Shown in pieces: positions 31,221-41,426 of a stretch of DNA of 64,000 nt. The notes beneath the pieces are model-generated. The model did not search any database and was not told where the DNA came from. It saw only the letters and a list, made by a program, of their open reading frames with translations. Each line of letters begins with the position of its first letter. Position 1 is the stretch's first letter. The stretch comes from Alphaproteobacteria bacterium (GTDB lineage: Bacteria > Pseudomonadota > Alphaproteobacteria > RF32 > CAG-239): positions 7,961-71,960 of the forward strand of contig JAZQZB010000039.1 in NCBI GenBank assembly GCA_045633825.1. The letters are read 5' to 3'. A program made the translations under genes and the position numbers.

Positions 31221-31436
31221 TTAGTTTATTTTATTACATGAGCATTCGGCATTGCTGTCACAAATGCAAATAATTTCTGTCGGTTTAACGGCGTTGGATT
31301 GCATGCAAGGGCAATCGTCATCATAATTTTCGCAGCCGCAAGCAGTTTTGTTAATGTTGTTCGGGTAAGAACATCCGCAGTTATTATCTTCATCGCAATC
31401 ACATTCATTTTCATTTTTGATAAAATCTTTTTGCAT
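31221..31436 (-). CDS. Cys-rich small protein (71 aa, about 16 Cys), metallothionein-like
   Basis: ORF with repeated CxC/CGC/CxCD motifs; 3 nt upstream of trxB in the same orientation. Confidence 0.45.
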   Translation of the reverse strand: MQKDFIKNENECDCDEDNNCGCSYPNNINKTACGCENYDDDCPCMQSNAVKPTEIICICDSNAECSCNKIN

Positions 31437-31514
31437 GTTTTCCTCGTGTAAAAAAATAAAAAAACTGCCTGATTTTTTATCAGACAGTTTTTATATAAGT
31501 ATGAATAAAATATT

Positions 31515-31988
31515 TTAAATGTATTTTACTTCCAATATTTCAAAAGATTTGTTTCCTGAAGGAGCTCTAAATTCGGCAATATCTCCGACTTCTTTACCGA
31601 TAAGGGCTTTAGCCAAAGGAGAAGATAAAGAAATTTTATTTTTTTCGATATCGGCCTCATAGTCGCCGACAATTTGATAAGAATTTTCTTCGTCAGAATC
31701 TTCGTCAGCAACTAAAACAGTAGCACCAAAACGGATTACATCGCTTTTGACGGAAGCAACATCAATAACTTGGGCACGACTTAATACGGCTTCCAAATCT
31801 TGAATACGGCCTTCAATAAAGCTTTGTTTTTCTTTGGCGGCAGAATATTCGGCATTTTCAGATAAATCGCCTTGAGCTCTGGCTTCAGAGATTGCGGCAA
31901 TGATATTCGGGCGTTCAACACCTTTTAGGTTTTTTAATTCGGCTTCCAATGCGTTAAATCCGATTTTAGTCAAAGGAAATTTTTCCAT
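31515..31988 (-). CDS. greA: Transcription elongation factor GreA
   Basis: 157 aa; conserved N-terminal coiled coil and C-terminal FKBP-like domain motifs. Confidence 0.95.
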   Translation of the reverse strand: MEKFPLTKIGFNALEAELKNLKGVERPNIIAAISEARAQGDLSENAEYSAAKEKQSFIEGRIQDLEAVLSRAQVIDVASVKSDVIRFGATVLVADEDSDEENSYQIVGDYEADIEKNKISLSSPLAKALIGKEVGDIAEFRAPSGNKSFEILEVKYI

Positions 31989-32199
31989 TTTTTCACCTTT
32001 AGTTTTTTAATGTTGAAAAAAAGAACTGCGAGGGAGATGAATCCTTCACAGAACGCTTTATTTGTTTTTAATGGAAATGAATATAACAGTTAAAAAAAAT
32101 AAATCAAGAGTTTTCTTTGGGGAAAAATTTTTTAAATGCCTACACAAAAGAAAATTTTGTTATTAAACTAAAGAAGTATTTTTTAGAAAATTTTCGGAG

Positions 32200-32664
32200 A
32201 TGAAACTTATGAAAAAAATCTATCTTTTGTCAGCAGTAGCTGCAGGTTTACTCGCTTTGTCATCTAATGCTAATGCGTATGATTCTACAGGTTGTGGATT
32301 AGGTTCTATGGCTTGGAGAGGACAATCGGGTATTGTTCCTCAAGTTTTGGCTGTTACAACTAATGGTATATTCGGAACACAAACATTTGGTATTACTACA
32401 GGTACATCAGGTTGTGATCCTAACGGTCGTGTTAGTGGTGGTACAGGCAGAATGTTGCTTTCTTTCTTGGAAAACAATATGGAACAATTTGCTTTTGACG
32501 CTTCCGTCGGTCATGGTGAAACTTTGGTAACCGTTGCAGGTATCTTAAATGCTGATGTAGAAGACTTGTCTGCAAAAATTCACAGTAATTTCGGTACATT
32601 GTTTGCCAGCAATGATGTTGATGCGGTGGAATTGACTTTATCAATTTTATCTATGAACGCATAA
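32200..32664 (+). CDS. Secreted small protein, DUF3015-like
   Basis: Signal peptide (…LSSNANA), about 150 aa, conserved Cys pair (GCGLGS…SGCD). Confidence 0.5.
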   Translation: MKLMKKIYLLSAVAAGLLALSSNANAYDSTGCGLGSMAWRGQSGIVPQVLAVTTNGIFGTQTFGITTGTSGCDPNGRVSGGTGRMLLSFLENNMEQFAFDASVGHGETLVTVAGILNADVEDLSAKIHSNFGTLFASNDVDAVELTLSILSMNA

Positions 32665-32840
32665 AAGTTCAAAAAGGTGCCTAGTTGGCATCTGATACAG
32701 AAATTTCGGTTCGGCGAAATGCTCATGTACTTCTTTTGTACACTCCGCTTTCGCCGTCCTTATTTCTTATCATATGCACACACTATTCACCTTTTTTATA
32801 AAATTGATTCAGATAAATTATTTTCCGACTTTTATAAAAA

Positions 32841-34637
32841 ATGTTTTCAATGCGGTACTTTGTCTTTTTTTTGAGTTTTTTATTTTCTTTTAGTGTTTGG
32901 GCAGAAGATTTGTCGTCATCTGCCGAGTGGTTGGCTGTCGGGCATTATCAAAACAAAAAAAGCTCGATTGATTCACCTAATTTCTTTTTAAGTGAAGAGG
33001 GTAAAACTAATCCCAAAGCAGAATTGGAAGCTACGATAAATTTATTTAATTCTGATGACAATAAATTGAAGTGTCAGTTTCCGTCACGCTATTTATTCCT
33101 TAAAAAACACAAATTGATAAAATCAAATTTCCCCAAATGTAAAGAATTTGAGGAGTTTAAGCGTGATTTGCAACCGGCAGGGGTAACGCTATTGTTTACT
33201 GATGCGTATATGAATAATCCTTCATCATTGTTCGGGCATACTTTAATCAGAATTGATACTAAACGCAAAGGTACGCAGATGTTGGCTCATGGGGCGAATT
33301 ACGGTGCTTTTACCGGTGAAAATCCGGGGCCGTTGTACGCATTGTTCGGATTGACCGGCAGATATTTCGGAGGTTTTACGGTTAAGCCTTATTATGATAT
33401 TATCAATACCTATAACAATATTGAAAATCGTGATATTTGGGAACTTAATCTCGATTTCAATGAGCCGGAATTGGAATTTTTTGTGGCTCATTTGTGGGAG
33501 ATCGGGCAAACACAATCAAGGTATTATTTCTTTACAAAAAATTGTTCATATATGCTTTTGGAAATGTTAGATGCGGTTCGTCCGTCGTTAAAATTGGCTT
33601 CGAAATTTCCGGTGCAAGTTATTCCATTGGATAGTTTTAAGGCGGTTTTTCGTTCTAAAGATTTGGTCAAAAATATAAATTATCGTCCGTCACGACAAAA
33701 GCAAATCGTTGATGCGGTAAATGGTATGAACAAGAAACAAAAAGAGATTTATTTTAATGTTTTGGCTGAAAAAAAATATGACTTGCCTGATGATTTGAGT
33801 GAAGATGAAAAATCGGATATTTTGGGAACGGCATATCAATTTGTGCAGTATCAATATGTGGCAAAAAAATTGGAATTAGCTGATTATCGCAAACAAAGTT
33901 TCGATATTTTGCGCCAAAGAAGCATGTTGAAAACCTCAAAGAAAGAAAAAGAAATAAAAGGAAAATCGCCTTTGGAGGCTCATGAATCTATGAGGTTGAC
34001 TGTGGGTGTCGGGGTAAAAGGCGGTAATGTTTTTGAGGAAATTGCTTATCGACCGGCATATCATTCTTTAACAGATAATAGTTTCGGTTTATTAAAAGGG
34101 GCGGAGATAAGTTTTTTGGAAACAAAATTGCGCCATTATAATCAAGACAATAAAACAGTTTTGCAAAATTTGGATTTGTTGACAATTCGTTCGATTTCGC
34201 CGGTCGATAAAATGTTTAATCCTCTGTCATTTCAGATAAAAGCCAATGTCGAAAGGTGGACTGACTCTACAAGCGAAAAAGAAGGCTATATCGGTAATTT
34301 GGAATTTGGAACAGGTAAGGCTTATGCTTTTTCGGATAATGTTTGGGGTTTTATTTTTGGTAATAATAAGGTGTCAACCGGTGGATTTTTGCCGCATAAT
34401 TCAATGTTGTCTTTCGGGTTAAATCTAGGGTTTTTGGCTGATTTTGATAAATGGAAGGGGTTGTTTGAGATATCGCCTTGGCGGGCAAGTCAAAAAATGG
34501 GTAATATGACAAGTTATCGCGCAGAATTAAATTATGTGATTGATAATAATGTTTCAATTTCGGCAGAAGCTTTGTTTGAAGACAGATATGGCAAAGATGA
34601 AAACGAGTTTGGAATAAAATTGCGCTATTTCTTTTAA
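32841..34637 (+). CDS. Outer-membrane protein with N-terminal DUF4105-like (Lnb N-terminal) domain and C-terminal beta-barrel
   Basis: Signal peptide; GHTLIRID motif; C-terminal aromatic residue (…LRYFF) typical of OMPs. Confidence 0.5.
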   Translation: MFSMRYFVFFLSFLFSFSVWAEDLSSSAEWLAVGHYQNKKSSIDSPNFFLSEEGKTNPKAELEATINLFNSDDNKLKCQFPSRYLFLKKHKLIKSNFPKCKEFEEFKRDLQPAGVTLLFTDAYMNNPSSLFGHTLIRIDTKRKGTQMLAHGANYGAFTGENPGPLYALFGLTGRYFGGFTVKPYYDIINTYNNIENRDIWELNLDFNEPELEFFVAHLWEIGQTQSRYYFFTKNCSYMLLEMLDAVRPSLKLASKFPVQVIPLDSFKAVFRSKDLVKNINYRPSRQKQIVDAVNGMNKKQKEIYFNVLAEKKYDLPDDLSEDEKSDILGTAYQFVQYQYVAKKLELADYRKQSFDILRQRSMLKTSKKEKEIKGKSPLEAHESMRLTVGVGVKGGNVFEEIAYRPAYHSLTDNSFGLLKGAEISFLETKLRHYNQDNKTVLQNLDLLTIRSISPVDKMFNPLSFQIKANVERWTDSTSEKEGYIGNLEFGTGKAYAFSDNVWGFIFGNNKVSTGGFLPHNSMLSFGLNLGFLADFDKWKGLFEISPWRASQKMGNMTSYRAELNYVIDNNVSISAEALFEDRYGKDENEFGIKLRYFF

Positions 34638-34710
34638 TTTATAACCTTGCAATTTTTATATAAGATGTATATGCTTATTTTAAAATTAAAAAATATAAGG
34701 AGTTTTATTT

Positions 34711-35163
34711 ATGTTAAGAGATGATTTGCAAAATGCGTTGAAAACAGCAATGTTGGCTAAAGATACCGTTACAACAAGTGCGGTAAGAATGATTATTGCC
34801 GGCCAAAAAGAAAAAGATGTCGAAGCCAGAGGTAAGGGCAAAGAAAAGGCTACTGATGAAGAATTGATGGCTATGATGCAAACAATGATTAAACAACGCA
34901 ATGATTCAATTAAGATGTATATTGACGGCAACCGTCCGGAATTGGCTGATAAAGAAAAAGCCGAAATTGCCATTATCGAACGTTTTTTGCCTAAACAAAT
35001 GTCTGATGATGAGATTGCCGGCGTGGTTAAGATGTTGATTGCCGAAACAGGTGCTTCTTCAATGAAAGATATGGGCAAAATTATGGGCGCTTTGAAATCT
35101 AAATATGCCGGTCAGTTGGATATGGGCAAAGCTAACGGAATTATTAAAAATTTGTTGAGCTAA
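34711..35163 (+). CDS. GatB/YqeY-domain protein
   Basis: 150 aa; conserved position upstream of dnaG-rpoD in alphaproteobacteria. Confidence 0.8.
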   Translation: MLRDDLQNALKTAMLAKDTVTTSAVRMIIAGQKEKDVEARGKGKEKATDEELMAMMQTMIKQRNDSIKMYIDGNRPELADKEKAEIAIIERFLPKQMSDDEIAGVVKMLIAETGASSMKDMGKIMGALKSKYAGQLDMGKANGIIKNLLS

Positions 35164-35169
35164 AAATTT

Positions 35170-36972
35170 ATGGCGAATACGGATTTACAAAGATTTTGTG
35201 ACGAACTTCGAGCTAAAATATCAATAGTTGATGTGGTAGGCTCGAAGATTAAGCTCGTGCGAAAAGGGCGTGAGTATCAGGCTTGTTGTCCGTTTCATAA
35301 TGAAAAAACTCCGTCTTTTACGGTTAATGAAGCAAAAGGTTTTTATCACTGTTTCGGTTGTGGTGCGCATGGCGATATTATTAAATTTGAAATGGAAGCT
35401 AATGGTCTGACATTTATTGAGGCAGTGGAAAAATTGGCTCATAAGGTCGGTATGCAACTTCCTAAACTTTCGTCGGAGAGTAAAGAACAAGCTGAAAAAA
35501 GAGCTACGGCATACGATATTATGGAAATGGCGGCAAAGTTTTTTGAAAAAAATCTGCGCTTGCCTGACGGTCAAGAGGCTTTGAATTATCTTTATGGTCG
35601 AGGTTTTGATGATAAGATTATCGAAAAGTTTCGTTTAGGCTTTGCTCCGAATAATAACGGTTTGAAGGCTTTGTTGTCTTCGCGCGGTATTTCCGATAAT
35701 GAAATGGCGGAACTTGGTTTGATTTCTATTCCTGAAGATACCAAAAGAAATCCGCATGATTTTTTTAGAAATCGTGTAATGATTCCGATTATGGATAAGC
35801 GTAACCGAGTTATTGCTTTTGGTGGTCGGGTTATGGATAAGAGCCAGCCGAAATATCTGAACTCACCCGAAACACCGGTGTTTAATAAAAGGCGCATTTT
35901 GTATAACCTTAATTATGCTCGTGAAAGCGGGTATGAGGCTAAAAGGTTGATTGTTTGCGAAGGTTATATGGATGTGATTGCCATGGATAAGTATGGTATC
36001 GGTTATGCAGTGGCACCATTGGGAACGGCTTTGACTGAAGATCAAATTCAAGAGGCTTGGAAAGTGGTTAATGAGCCTATTTGCTGTTTTGACGGCGATA
36101 ATGCCGGTATCAGAGCAGCTATTCGCTCGGTTGACAGAGTTTTACCGATATTGAAACCGGGATATTCTTTGCAATATGCCTTTTTGCCGGATAAAATGGA
36201 TCCGGATGAATTTTTGAAGGAAAAAGGAACGGAAGAATTTTTGAAAACCGTTACCGATACAACTCCGCTGAAGGAGCTTTTGTGGAAAAAAACTTTGGAG
36301 GGTAAGTCGGTTGATACTCCGGAACAAAAAGCACGAATTGAAAAAGAAATAAAAGAAGAAGTTGCCAAGATAGCTAATGAAATGGTTAAAAATTATTATA
36401 TTCGTGAAATGAAAAATAAGGTTTATAATGAATTGGTAGAACCTAATCGTCAGGTTTACCAAACGGGAAAATTTGAAAAAACATATAAATCGAGGCCTCA
36501 AGTTCGGGTATATAAAACAGATTTAGATGATTTGGTCGGTAAATATATTGTTTCGGCTTTGGTATGTTATCCGTCGTTGGTTGATGAATATGAAGAAAAG
36601 TTGTTAGATTTTTCCATAAAGGATGATAATTTACGTTCAATGTATGAAAATATTTTGGATATTGTGCAGGATAATCCGGATATAAAAAATGAAGCAGAGT
36701 TGATTGAAAAGCTTAAAGAACGTGATTTTGAGCAAATTTTGAAAGAAAAAACCGATTTGACGGTCTTGAAAAAACAATGTCCGGATATTATTAAAATGCG
36801 TAAAAATTTGGATAGCAGATTAGTTGAAATTCAGTTGAAACGTTTGGATAATGAAATTAGAGAATGTAAACGTTTGTTGGCAAGCGGAAATTTCAGTGAT
36901 GAAGATTATTTGCGATATGAAGCTTATAAAAAAGAGCGTAATGCAATTTTGATAGATGTCGAAGATTGTTAA
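35170..36972 (+). CDS. dnaG: DNA primase
   Basis: CHC2 zinc finger (CCPFHNEKTPSF...CFGCGAHGD) and TOPRIM domain. Confidence 0.95.
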   Translation: MANTDLQRFCDELRAKISIVDVVGSKIKLVRKGREYQACCPFHNEKTPSFTVNEAKGFYHCFGCGAHGDIIKFEMEANGLTFIEAVEKLAHKVGMQLPKLSSESKEQAEKRATAYDIMEMAAKFFEKNLRLPDGQEALNYLYGRGFDDKIIEKFRLGFAPNNNGLKALLSSRGISDNEMAELGLISIPEDTKRNPHDFFRNRVMIPIMDKRNRVIAFGGRVMDKSQPKYLNSPETPVFNKRRILYNLNYARESGYEAKRLIVCEGYMDVIAMDKYGIGYAVAPLGTALTEDQIQEAWKVVNEPICCFDGDNAGIRAAIRSVDRVLPILKPGYSLQYAFLPDKMDPDEFLKEKGTEEFLKTVTDTTPLKELLWKKTLEGKSVDTPEQKARIEKEIKEEVAKIANEMVKNYYIREMKNKVYNELVEPNRQVYQTGKFEKTYKSRPQVRVYKTDLDDLVGKYIVSALVCYPSLVDEYEEKLLDFSIKDDNLRSMYENILDIVQDNPDIKNEAELIEKLKERDFEQILKEKTDLTVLKKQCPDIIKMRKNLDSRLVEIQLKRLDNEIRECKRLLASGNFSDEDYLRYEAYKKERNAILIDVEDC

Positions 36973-37098
36973 CCTTTTGTGAAAATGGCTGTTTTTTTGG
37001 TGCGAATCGAAATAATAAACTTGACAATATGGGAAAAAATTATTAAAAATTATACCTGTTTTAAGCTTAAATAAAAATCGATTTTTTTAGGAAAATTT

Positions 37099-39168
37099 AT
37101 GTCGGATATAGAAAATTCTGATTTGTATGATGGCGGATCTATGGATGCGCCGTTAATTGATTCGTTGGGTAGTGCCGTAAAACGTTTGATTGATAAAGGG
37201 CGTGCCCGTGGTTTTATCACAGTTGAAGAGTTAAATAAAGTACTTCCGTCTGAAAGAGAAACTTCCGAGCATATTGAAGATATTATGACTTCGATATCTG
37301 ATATGGGTATAAGCATTATTTCCGAAGCCGATGTCGATGGTTTTGATGGCGAAGGCGAGGGAGATACTGATTATATCGATGATGATGAAGAGGGCGGTAA
37401 CTTCGATGAAAAAGACTTGGGACGAAATGATGATCCGGTTAGAATGTATTTGAAAGAAATGGGTTCTGTCGAATTGTTATCTCGAGAAGGCGAAATTGCT
37501 ATTGCTAAACGTATAGAGGCCGGTAAAACCGTTATGATTGACGGTTTGTGCGAAAGCCCGATGACTATTAAGGCAATAGCTTCTTGGCGTGATGAACTCT
37601 TAAACGGTAATATGCAACTTCGTGATATTATCGACTTGGAAATGATGTATGGCGATGATGTTGATGCCATGGCATTCGAAGAAGATGATAATAACGGTAA
37701 TGAAGATTTGGATAAAGTTGCCCGAGAACTCGATGAAAAAGAAAATCTTGATGATATTGATGAAGATATTGATGATGATATGGAGTTGGAAGGCGCCGTT
37801 GATGAAGATGATGATGCTGCCGATGAAATGCAAGACGGTGGCGAAGACGGTGGCGAAGGTGGTGATGATGATGATATGGAAAACGGTGCAGTTCGTACCT
37901 CGGCATCTATCGCTGCAATGGAAGAAGCCTTAAAAGAACCCGTCGTCGAAATGTTGAATAAAATTGCCGGATATTACGATGATCTGCGCAAAATTCAGAG
38001 CCAGAGAGTTCAAGCTATTTTGGCCGGTAAAAGTTTAACCCCGAGTGTTGAGAAAAAATATATTGAAGTTAAAAAAGATTTGGTTGAGTTGATGAGTTCA
38101 ATTCACCTTAATGCTATCAGAGTTGAACAGTTGGTTGAACAACTTAACGGTTTGAATAAGCGCCTTATGGGATTTGAAGGAAAATTGTTGCGCTATGCAA
38201 TGAGTTGTAAAATTAAACGTGAGGACTTTTTAAATGTTTATCAAAAGGCTGAATTAGATCCTAATTGGCTTGATACAATCGCTAAAATTAAAGATAAACA
38301 TTGGCAAGAATTTGTTGCTAAATATGGTTTAGAAATTACCGAACTTCGAGATAGTGTTGCTCAAATGGCTCAAGAGTGCGGATTGCCGATTAGTGAATAT
38401 CGTCGTATGGTAGATACTATTAAAAAAGGCGAAAGAGAAGCCGAAAGAGCTAAAAAAGAAATGATTGAAGCTAACCTTCGTTTGGTTATTTCGATTGCTA
38501 AAAAATATACTAACAGAGGTTTGCAATTCTTGGATCTGATTCAAGAAGGTAATATCGGTTTGATGAAAGCCGTTGATAAGTTTGAATATCGTCGTGGTTA
38601 TAAGTTCTCGACTTATGCTACTTGGTGGATAAGACAAGCTATTACTCGTTCAATCGCTGATCAGGCAAGAACAATTCGTATTCCTGTTCATATGATTGAA
38701 ACAATTAACAAAATGGTGCGCACTTCTCGTCAAATGTTGGCAGAAATGGGACGCGAGCCGGTACCTGAAGAATTGGCAAAACGTTTGTCGATGCCTTTGG
38801 AAAAAGTTCGTAAGGTTATGAAAATTGCTAAAGAGCCGGTTTCTTTAGAAGCTCCGGTCGGTGATGAAGAAGATTCATCTTTGGGCGATTTTATTGCTGA
38901 TGAGAGTGCATTGCAACCTCTTGATTCGGCCATTCATTCAAATTTGAAAGAAACTTGTACACGCATTTTGTCTTCGTTGACACCAAGAGAAGAACGTGTG
39001 CTTCGTATGCGTTTCGGTATCGGTATGAATACAGACCATACTTTGGAAGAAGTCGGTCAACAATTTAATGTTACCAGAGAGCGTATTCGTCAAATTGAAG
39101 CAAAAGCTTTGCGTAAGTTAAAACATCCGAGCAGATCAAGAAAGCTTCGTTCGTTCTTGGATCAATAG
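37099..39168 (+). CDS. rpoD: RNA polymerase sigma-70 factor RpoD with extended acidic non-conserved region
   Basis: Regions 1.1-4.2 recognisable (…[27 protein letters not shown]); D/E-rich insert about 37.6-37.9 kb. Confidence 0.97.
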   Translation: MSDIENSDLYDGGSMDAPLIDSLGSAVKRLIDKGRARGFITVEELNKVLPSERETSEHIEDIMTSISDMGISIISEADVDGFDGEGEGDTDYIDDDEEGGNFDEKDLGRNDDPVRMYLKEMGSVELLSREGEIAIAKRIEAGKTVMIDGLCESPMTIKAIASWRDELLNGNMQLRDIIDLEMMYGDDVDAMAFEEDDNNGNEDLDKVARELDEKENLDDIDEDIDDDMELEGAVDEDDDAADEMQDGGEDGGEGGDDDDMENGAVRTSASIAAMEEALKEPVVEMLNKIAGYYDDLRKIQSQRVQAILAGKSLTPSVEKKYIEVKKDLVELMSSIHLNAIRVEQLVEQLNGLNKRLMGFEGKLLRYAMSCKIKREDFLNVYQKAELDPNWLDTIAKIKDKHWQEFVAKYGLEITELRDSVAQMAQECGLPISEYRRMVDTIKKGEREAERAKKEMIEANLRLVISIAKKYTNRGLQFLDLIQEGNIGLMKAVDKFEYRRGYKFSTYATWWIRQAITRSIADQARTIRIPVHMIETINKMVRTSRQMLAEMGREPVPEELAKRLSMPLEKVRKVMKIAKEPVSLEAPVGDEEDSSLGDFIADESALQPLDSAIHSNLKETCTRILSSLTPREERVLRMRFGIGMNTDHTLEEVGQQFNVTRERIRQIEAKALRKLKHPSRSRKLRSFLDQ

Positions 39169-39180
39169 TTTACATAAATA

Positions 39181-39207
39181 AAAAGCCAATCGAAAGATTG
39201 GCTTTTT
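39181..39207. terminator. Bidirectional terminator (aaaagccaatcgaaagattggcttttt)
   Basis: Perfect hairpin between rpoD and the convergent gene. Confidence 0.7.
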
Positions 39208-39219
39208 ATTTAGAAGTAT

Positions 39220-40344
39220 TTAGTATACTTTAAGTTTTTCCAATTGTGCTTTTGCGATTGCAATGTCTTTTTCTGACATGACATTTTGTCCTCTTTCTAA
39301 AGGTTTATACAAATGATCGTTTGCTGTAAATTCGCCATGCAAACTATCTATCTCTTTTGTTGTGATACCGCCATAAAGCTCAATATTATTAAATGGGGCT
39401 TCAGATATACTCATTATTGGTCCTTCTACTGTATAATTTTTACCTTGACGCCAGCTATTATATTTTTGCATTTCTTCTTTAACAAGGTTATTGTCAGGAT
39501 TTTTTTCACAATCTTTTTTCATATAGGCAAATAATTGAGCTTCAACATTTTGAAGTTTTGTGTCTTTAAAATAAGCACCTTTATCAGATGTGTCAGTATT
39601 CGGATATCTTTTATTAGCACTTTCCATTAAGCGATTTATTTCGGCAATAGCTTTATCTTTTTCTGAATCAGGCATTAATGGACCAAAATTTTCCATACGA
39701 ACAATGTTATAATAAGCTGTATGCATGGCAACAGAAAATTGTTCATTATCAAGTTTATCATAAGGATTTATTTCTTTTTTCGGTTGTTGTGTTTTAGGTG
39801 TTTCTATTCCACGTAATTCTTTCTTCCTTTTTGCCCACGCATTAAGTCTTTGTCCGGATACTTCCATGGTTGCTCTAAAGCCTCTGTAAATGTTTGAGTT
39901 ATTGCTTAAACTATCTTGAACGGCGTTAGCTTCGTCATGGAGAGCTTGGGTAATTGTTTTTTCTCCGGTTAAAACAGAGCCACTGTTTTTTAGAGTGCGT
40001 CCGAGGTTTTTAGTCATTTGTTTGAGCCAAGATTCTTTGGGCTTTTCTTTTACGCCAATGTATGATGTTTTTCCGTTTAAGTTGGTCTTTAGGGCGCTGC
40101 TCATATCATATTTTGCCTGCATATCCAAATCTCTTTTTTTATCTTTGATTGATTTTATTAAATCGTTAAAAGATTTTTTGGCATTGTCTAAAAAATCTTT
40201 TGCTTTTTCTTTATCTTTTTTATGAAGATCTTTAACTGCATATTCAAAAGATATTTTTCCTGATACAACATCCCCCATAGTATATAAAAAATCAGCAAAA
40301 GTAGAGTTAGATGTAAATTGTTTAGTGTCGTTAGTATCACTCAT
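39220..40344 (-). CDS. Hypothetical Lys/Asp/Glu-rich protein (about 374 aa)
   Basis: ATG at 40344 with gggag RBS; no recognisable domain. Confidence 0.6.
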   Translation of the reverse strand: MSDTNDTKQFTSNSTFADFLYTMGDVVSGKISFEYAVKDLHKKDKEKAKDFLDNAKKSFNDLIKSIKDKKRDLDMQAKYDMSSALKTNLNGKTSYIGVKEKPKESWLKQMTKNLGRTLKNSGSVLTGEKTITQALHDEANAVQDSLSNNSNIYRGFRATMEVSGQRLNAWAKRKKELRGIETPKTQQPKKEINPYDKLDNEQFSVAMHTAYYNIVRMENFGPLMPDSEKDKAIAEINRLMESANKRYPNTDTSDKGAYFKDTKLQNVEAQLFAYMKKDCEKNPDNNLVKEEMQKYNSWRQGKNYTVEGPIMSISEAPFNNIELYGGITTKEIDSLHGEFTANDHLYKPLERGQNVMSEKDIAIAKAQLEKLKVY

Positions 40345-40392
40345 GGTTCGCACTCCCTAAATTGTTCCTATTAAAAAATAATTTACCACAAA

Positions 40393-40410
40393 TGTTGACT
40401 AAAGTCAACA
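40393..40410. promoter_or_regulatory. Perfect 18-bp palindrome tgttgactaaagtcaaca (candidate operator for the adjacent XRE regulator)
   Basis: Seen directly in the divergent intergenic region; contains a TTGACT -35-like hexamer. Confidence 0.5.
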
Positions 40411-40460
40411 CGAATTAAATTTAAAGTAGCTATACTTCAATAAAAAGGTGGTATTTTATA

Positions 40461-40670
40461 TTGAGTAACAGATTGAAAATCATTGGCTCCAGAATACGAG
40501 AATCTCGCAAAAAACAAAATTTATTACAAATTGATTTAGCGGTAATGGTAGGTATTGACAGGGCTTATTTGTCAGAAATTGAAAATGGGCGAACCAATGT
40601 TTCAATAAATTTGTTATATGCTATTGCCGATGCCTTAAAGGAAGCAATTTCAAATATATTGCCTGAGTAA
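40461..40670 (+). CDS. XRE-family HTH protein (69 aa; TTG start)
   Basis: LLQIDLAVMVGIDRAYLSEIENGRTNVSINLLYAIADAL HTH; RBS aaaggtgg upstream of TTG. Confidence 0.75.
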   Translation: MSNRLKIIGSRIRESRKKQNLLQIDLAVMVGIDRAYLSEIENGRTNVSINLLYAIADALKEAISNILPE

Positions 40671-40736
40671 ATTTTTCTTTTCAAAATTTGACATGATTCT
40701 CGTTTTGTGATAATATTAAAAATTGTGGGGAGGGAT

Positions 40737-41237
40737 ATGCTGATGAAATCAACTATGTTGCCTCAAGTTTTTTATTATCATTTTAGGCCTAATTATGTTT
40801 GGCTTATTTTGACACTTTTGTTGTTGTGGTTTGTGCTTAGTTTGTTATGCAGATTTCCGGCGATTGTTTATTGGTGGGAGTTTTGGGGACTGTTGGGAAG
40901 CGGTATTTATTCACTTGCGTTGTGGTCTTTTAAATATTTAATAAAACATAAAATGGCGGTTATTGATGATAAATATATAAAAATTGATCATTGTAGAGCC
41001 TTGCCATGGAGATTGGTTGCTTGTGCAGAAAAGAAAACAGCAAGATGTTGTTTCAAAAAATTACCGATTATTGTAATTCGTACTAAAAAACCGATAAATT
41101 ATAGTTATAATCTGCTACAAAAGATGTGTTCAAAAATGGATTTTACTGCTTTTTCGATAGCATTATATGCTTTGACACCAAGCGATGTAAAAAAGATTAT
41201 GGAAATAATTTCTCGAAAAACAATTTTGCTTGGATAA
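40737..41237 (+). CDS. Hypothetical membrane protein (two TM helices)
   Basis: ATG at 40737 with ggggaggg RBS; hydrophobic N-terminal half. Confidence 0.55.
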   Translation: MLMKSTMLPQVFYYHFRPNYVWLILTLLLLWFVLSLLCRFPAIVYWWEFWGLLGSGIYSLALWSFKYLIKHKMAVIDDKYIKIDHCRALPWRLVACAEKKTARCCFKKLPIIVIRTKKPINYSYNLLQKMCSKMDFTAFSIALYALTPSDVKKIMEIISRKTILLG

Positions 41238-41312
41238 ACAATAAAATTTTGCTTGACTATAAATATAATTTGTCATATTTACACATAAGTATTGTTTATT
41301 TAGAAACATTAC

Positions 41313-41389
41313 GGGCCCTTAGCTCAGTTGGTTAGAGCAGGCCGCTCATAACGGTCTGGTCGTTGGTTCGAGTCCATCAGGGCCCACCA
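41313..41389 (+). tRNA. tRNA with CAU anticodon, most likely tRNA-Ile2 (lysidine; would be machine-called tRNA-Met)
   Basis: Cloverleaf folded by hand: acceptor 7 bp GGGCCCU/AGGGCCC, D arm GCUC-AGUUGGUUA-GAGC, anticodon loop CUCAUAA, T arm GGUUCGAGUCC, CCA encoded. Near-identical over D and anticodon arms to E. coli ileX. Confidence 0.9.
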
Positions 41390-41390
41390 A

Positions 41391-41426
41391 TTTAAAAGTC
41401 TTATCAAAATTGATAAGACTTTTTTG
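41391..41426 (+). terminator. Terminator hairpin after the tRNA (aagtcttatcaaaattgataagactttttt)
   Basis: Perfect 10-bp stem plus T-run. Confidence 0.65.

Noticed and set aside
37371-37933. Several overlapping ORFs on both strands inside rpoD (His-rich, Met-rich peptides)
   Set aside because: Generated by the GAT/GAA-rich acidic-insert coding region of rpoD; antisense or frame-shifted shadows of a confidently called gene.
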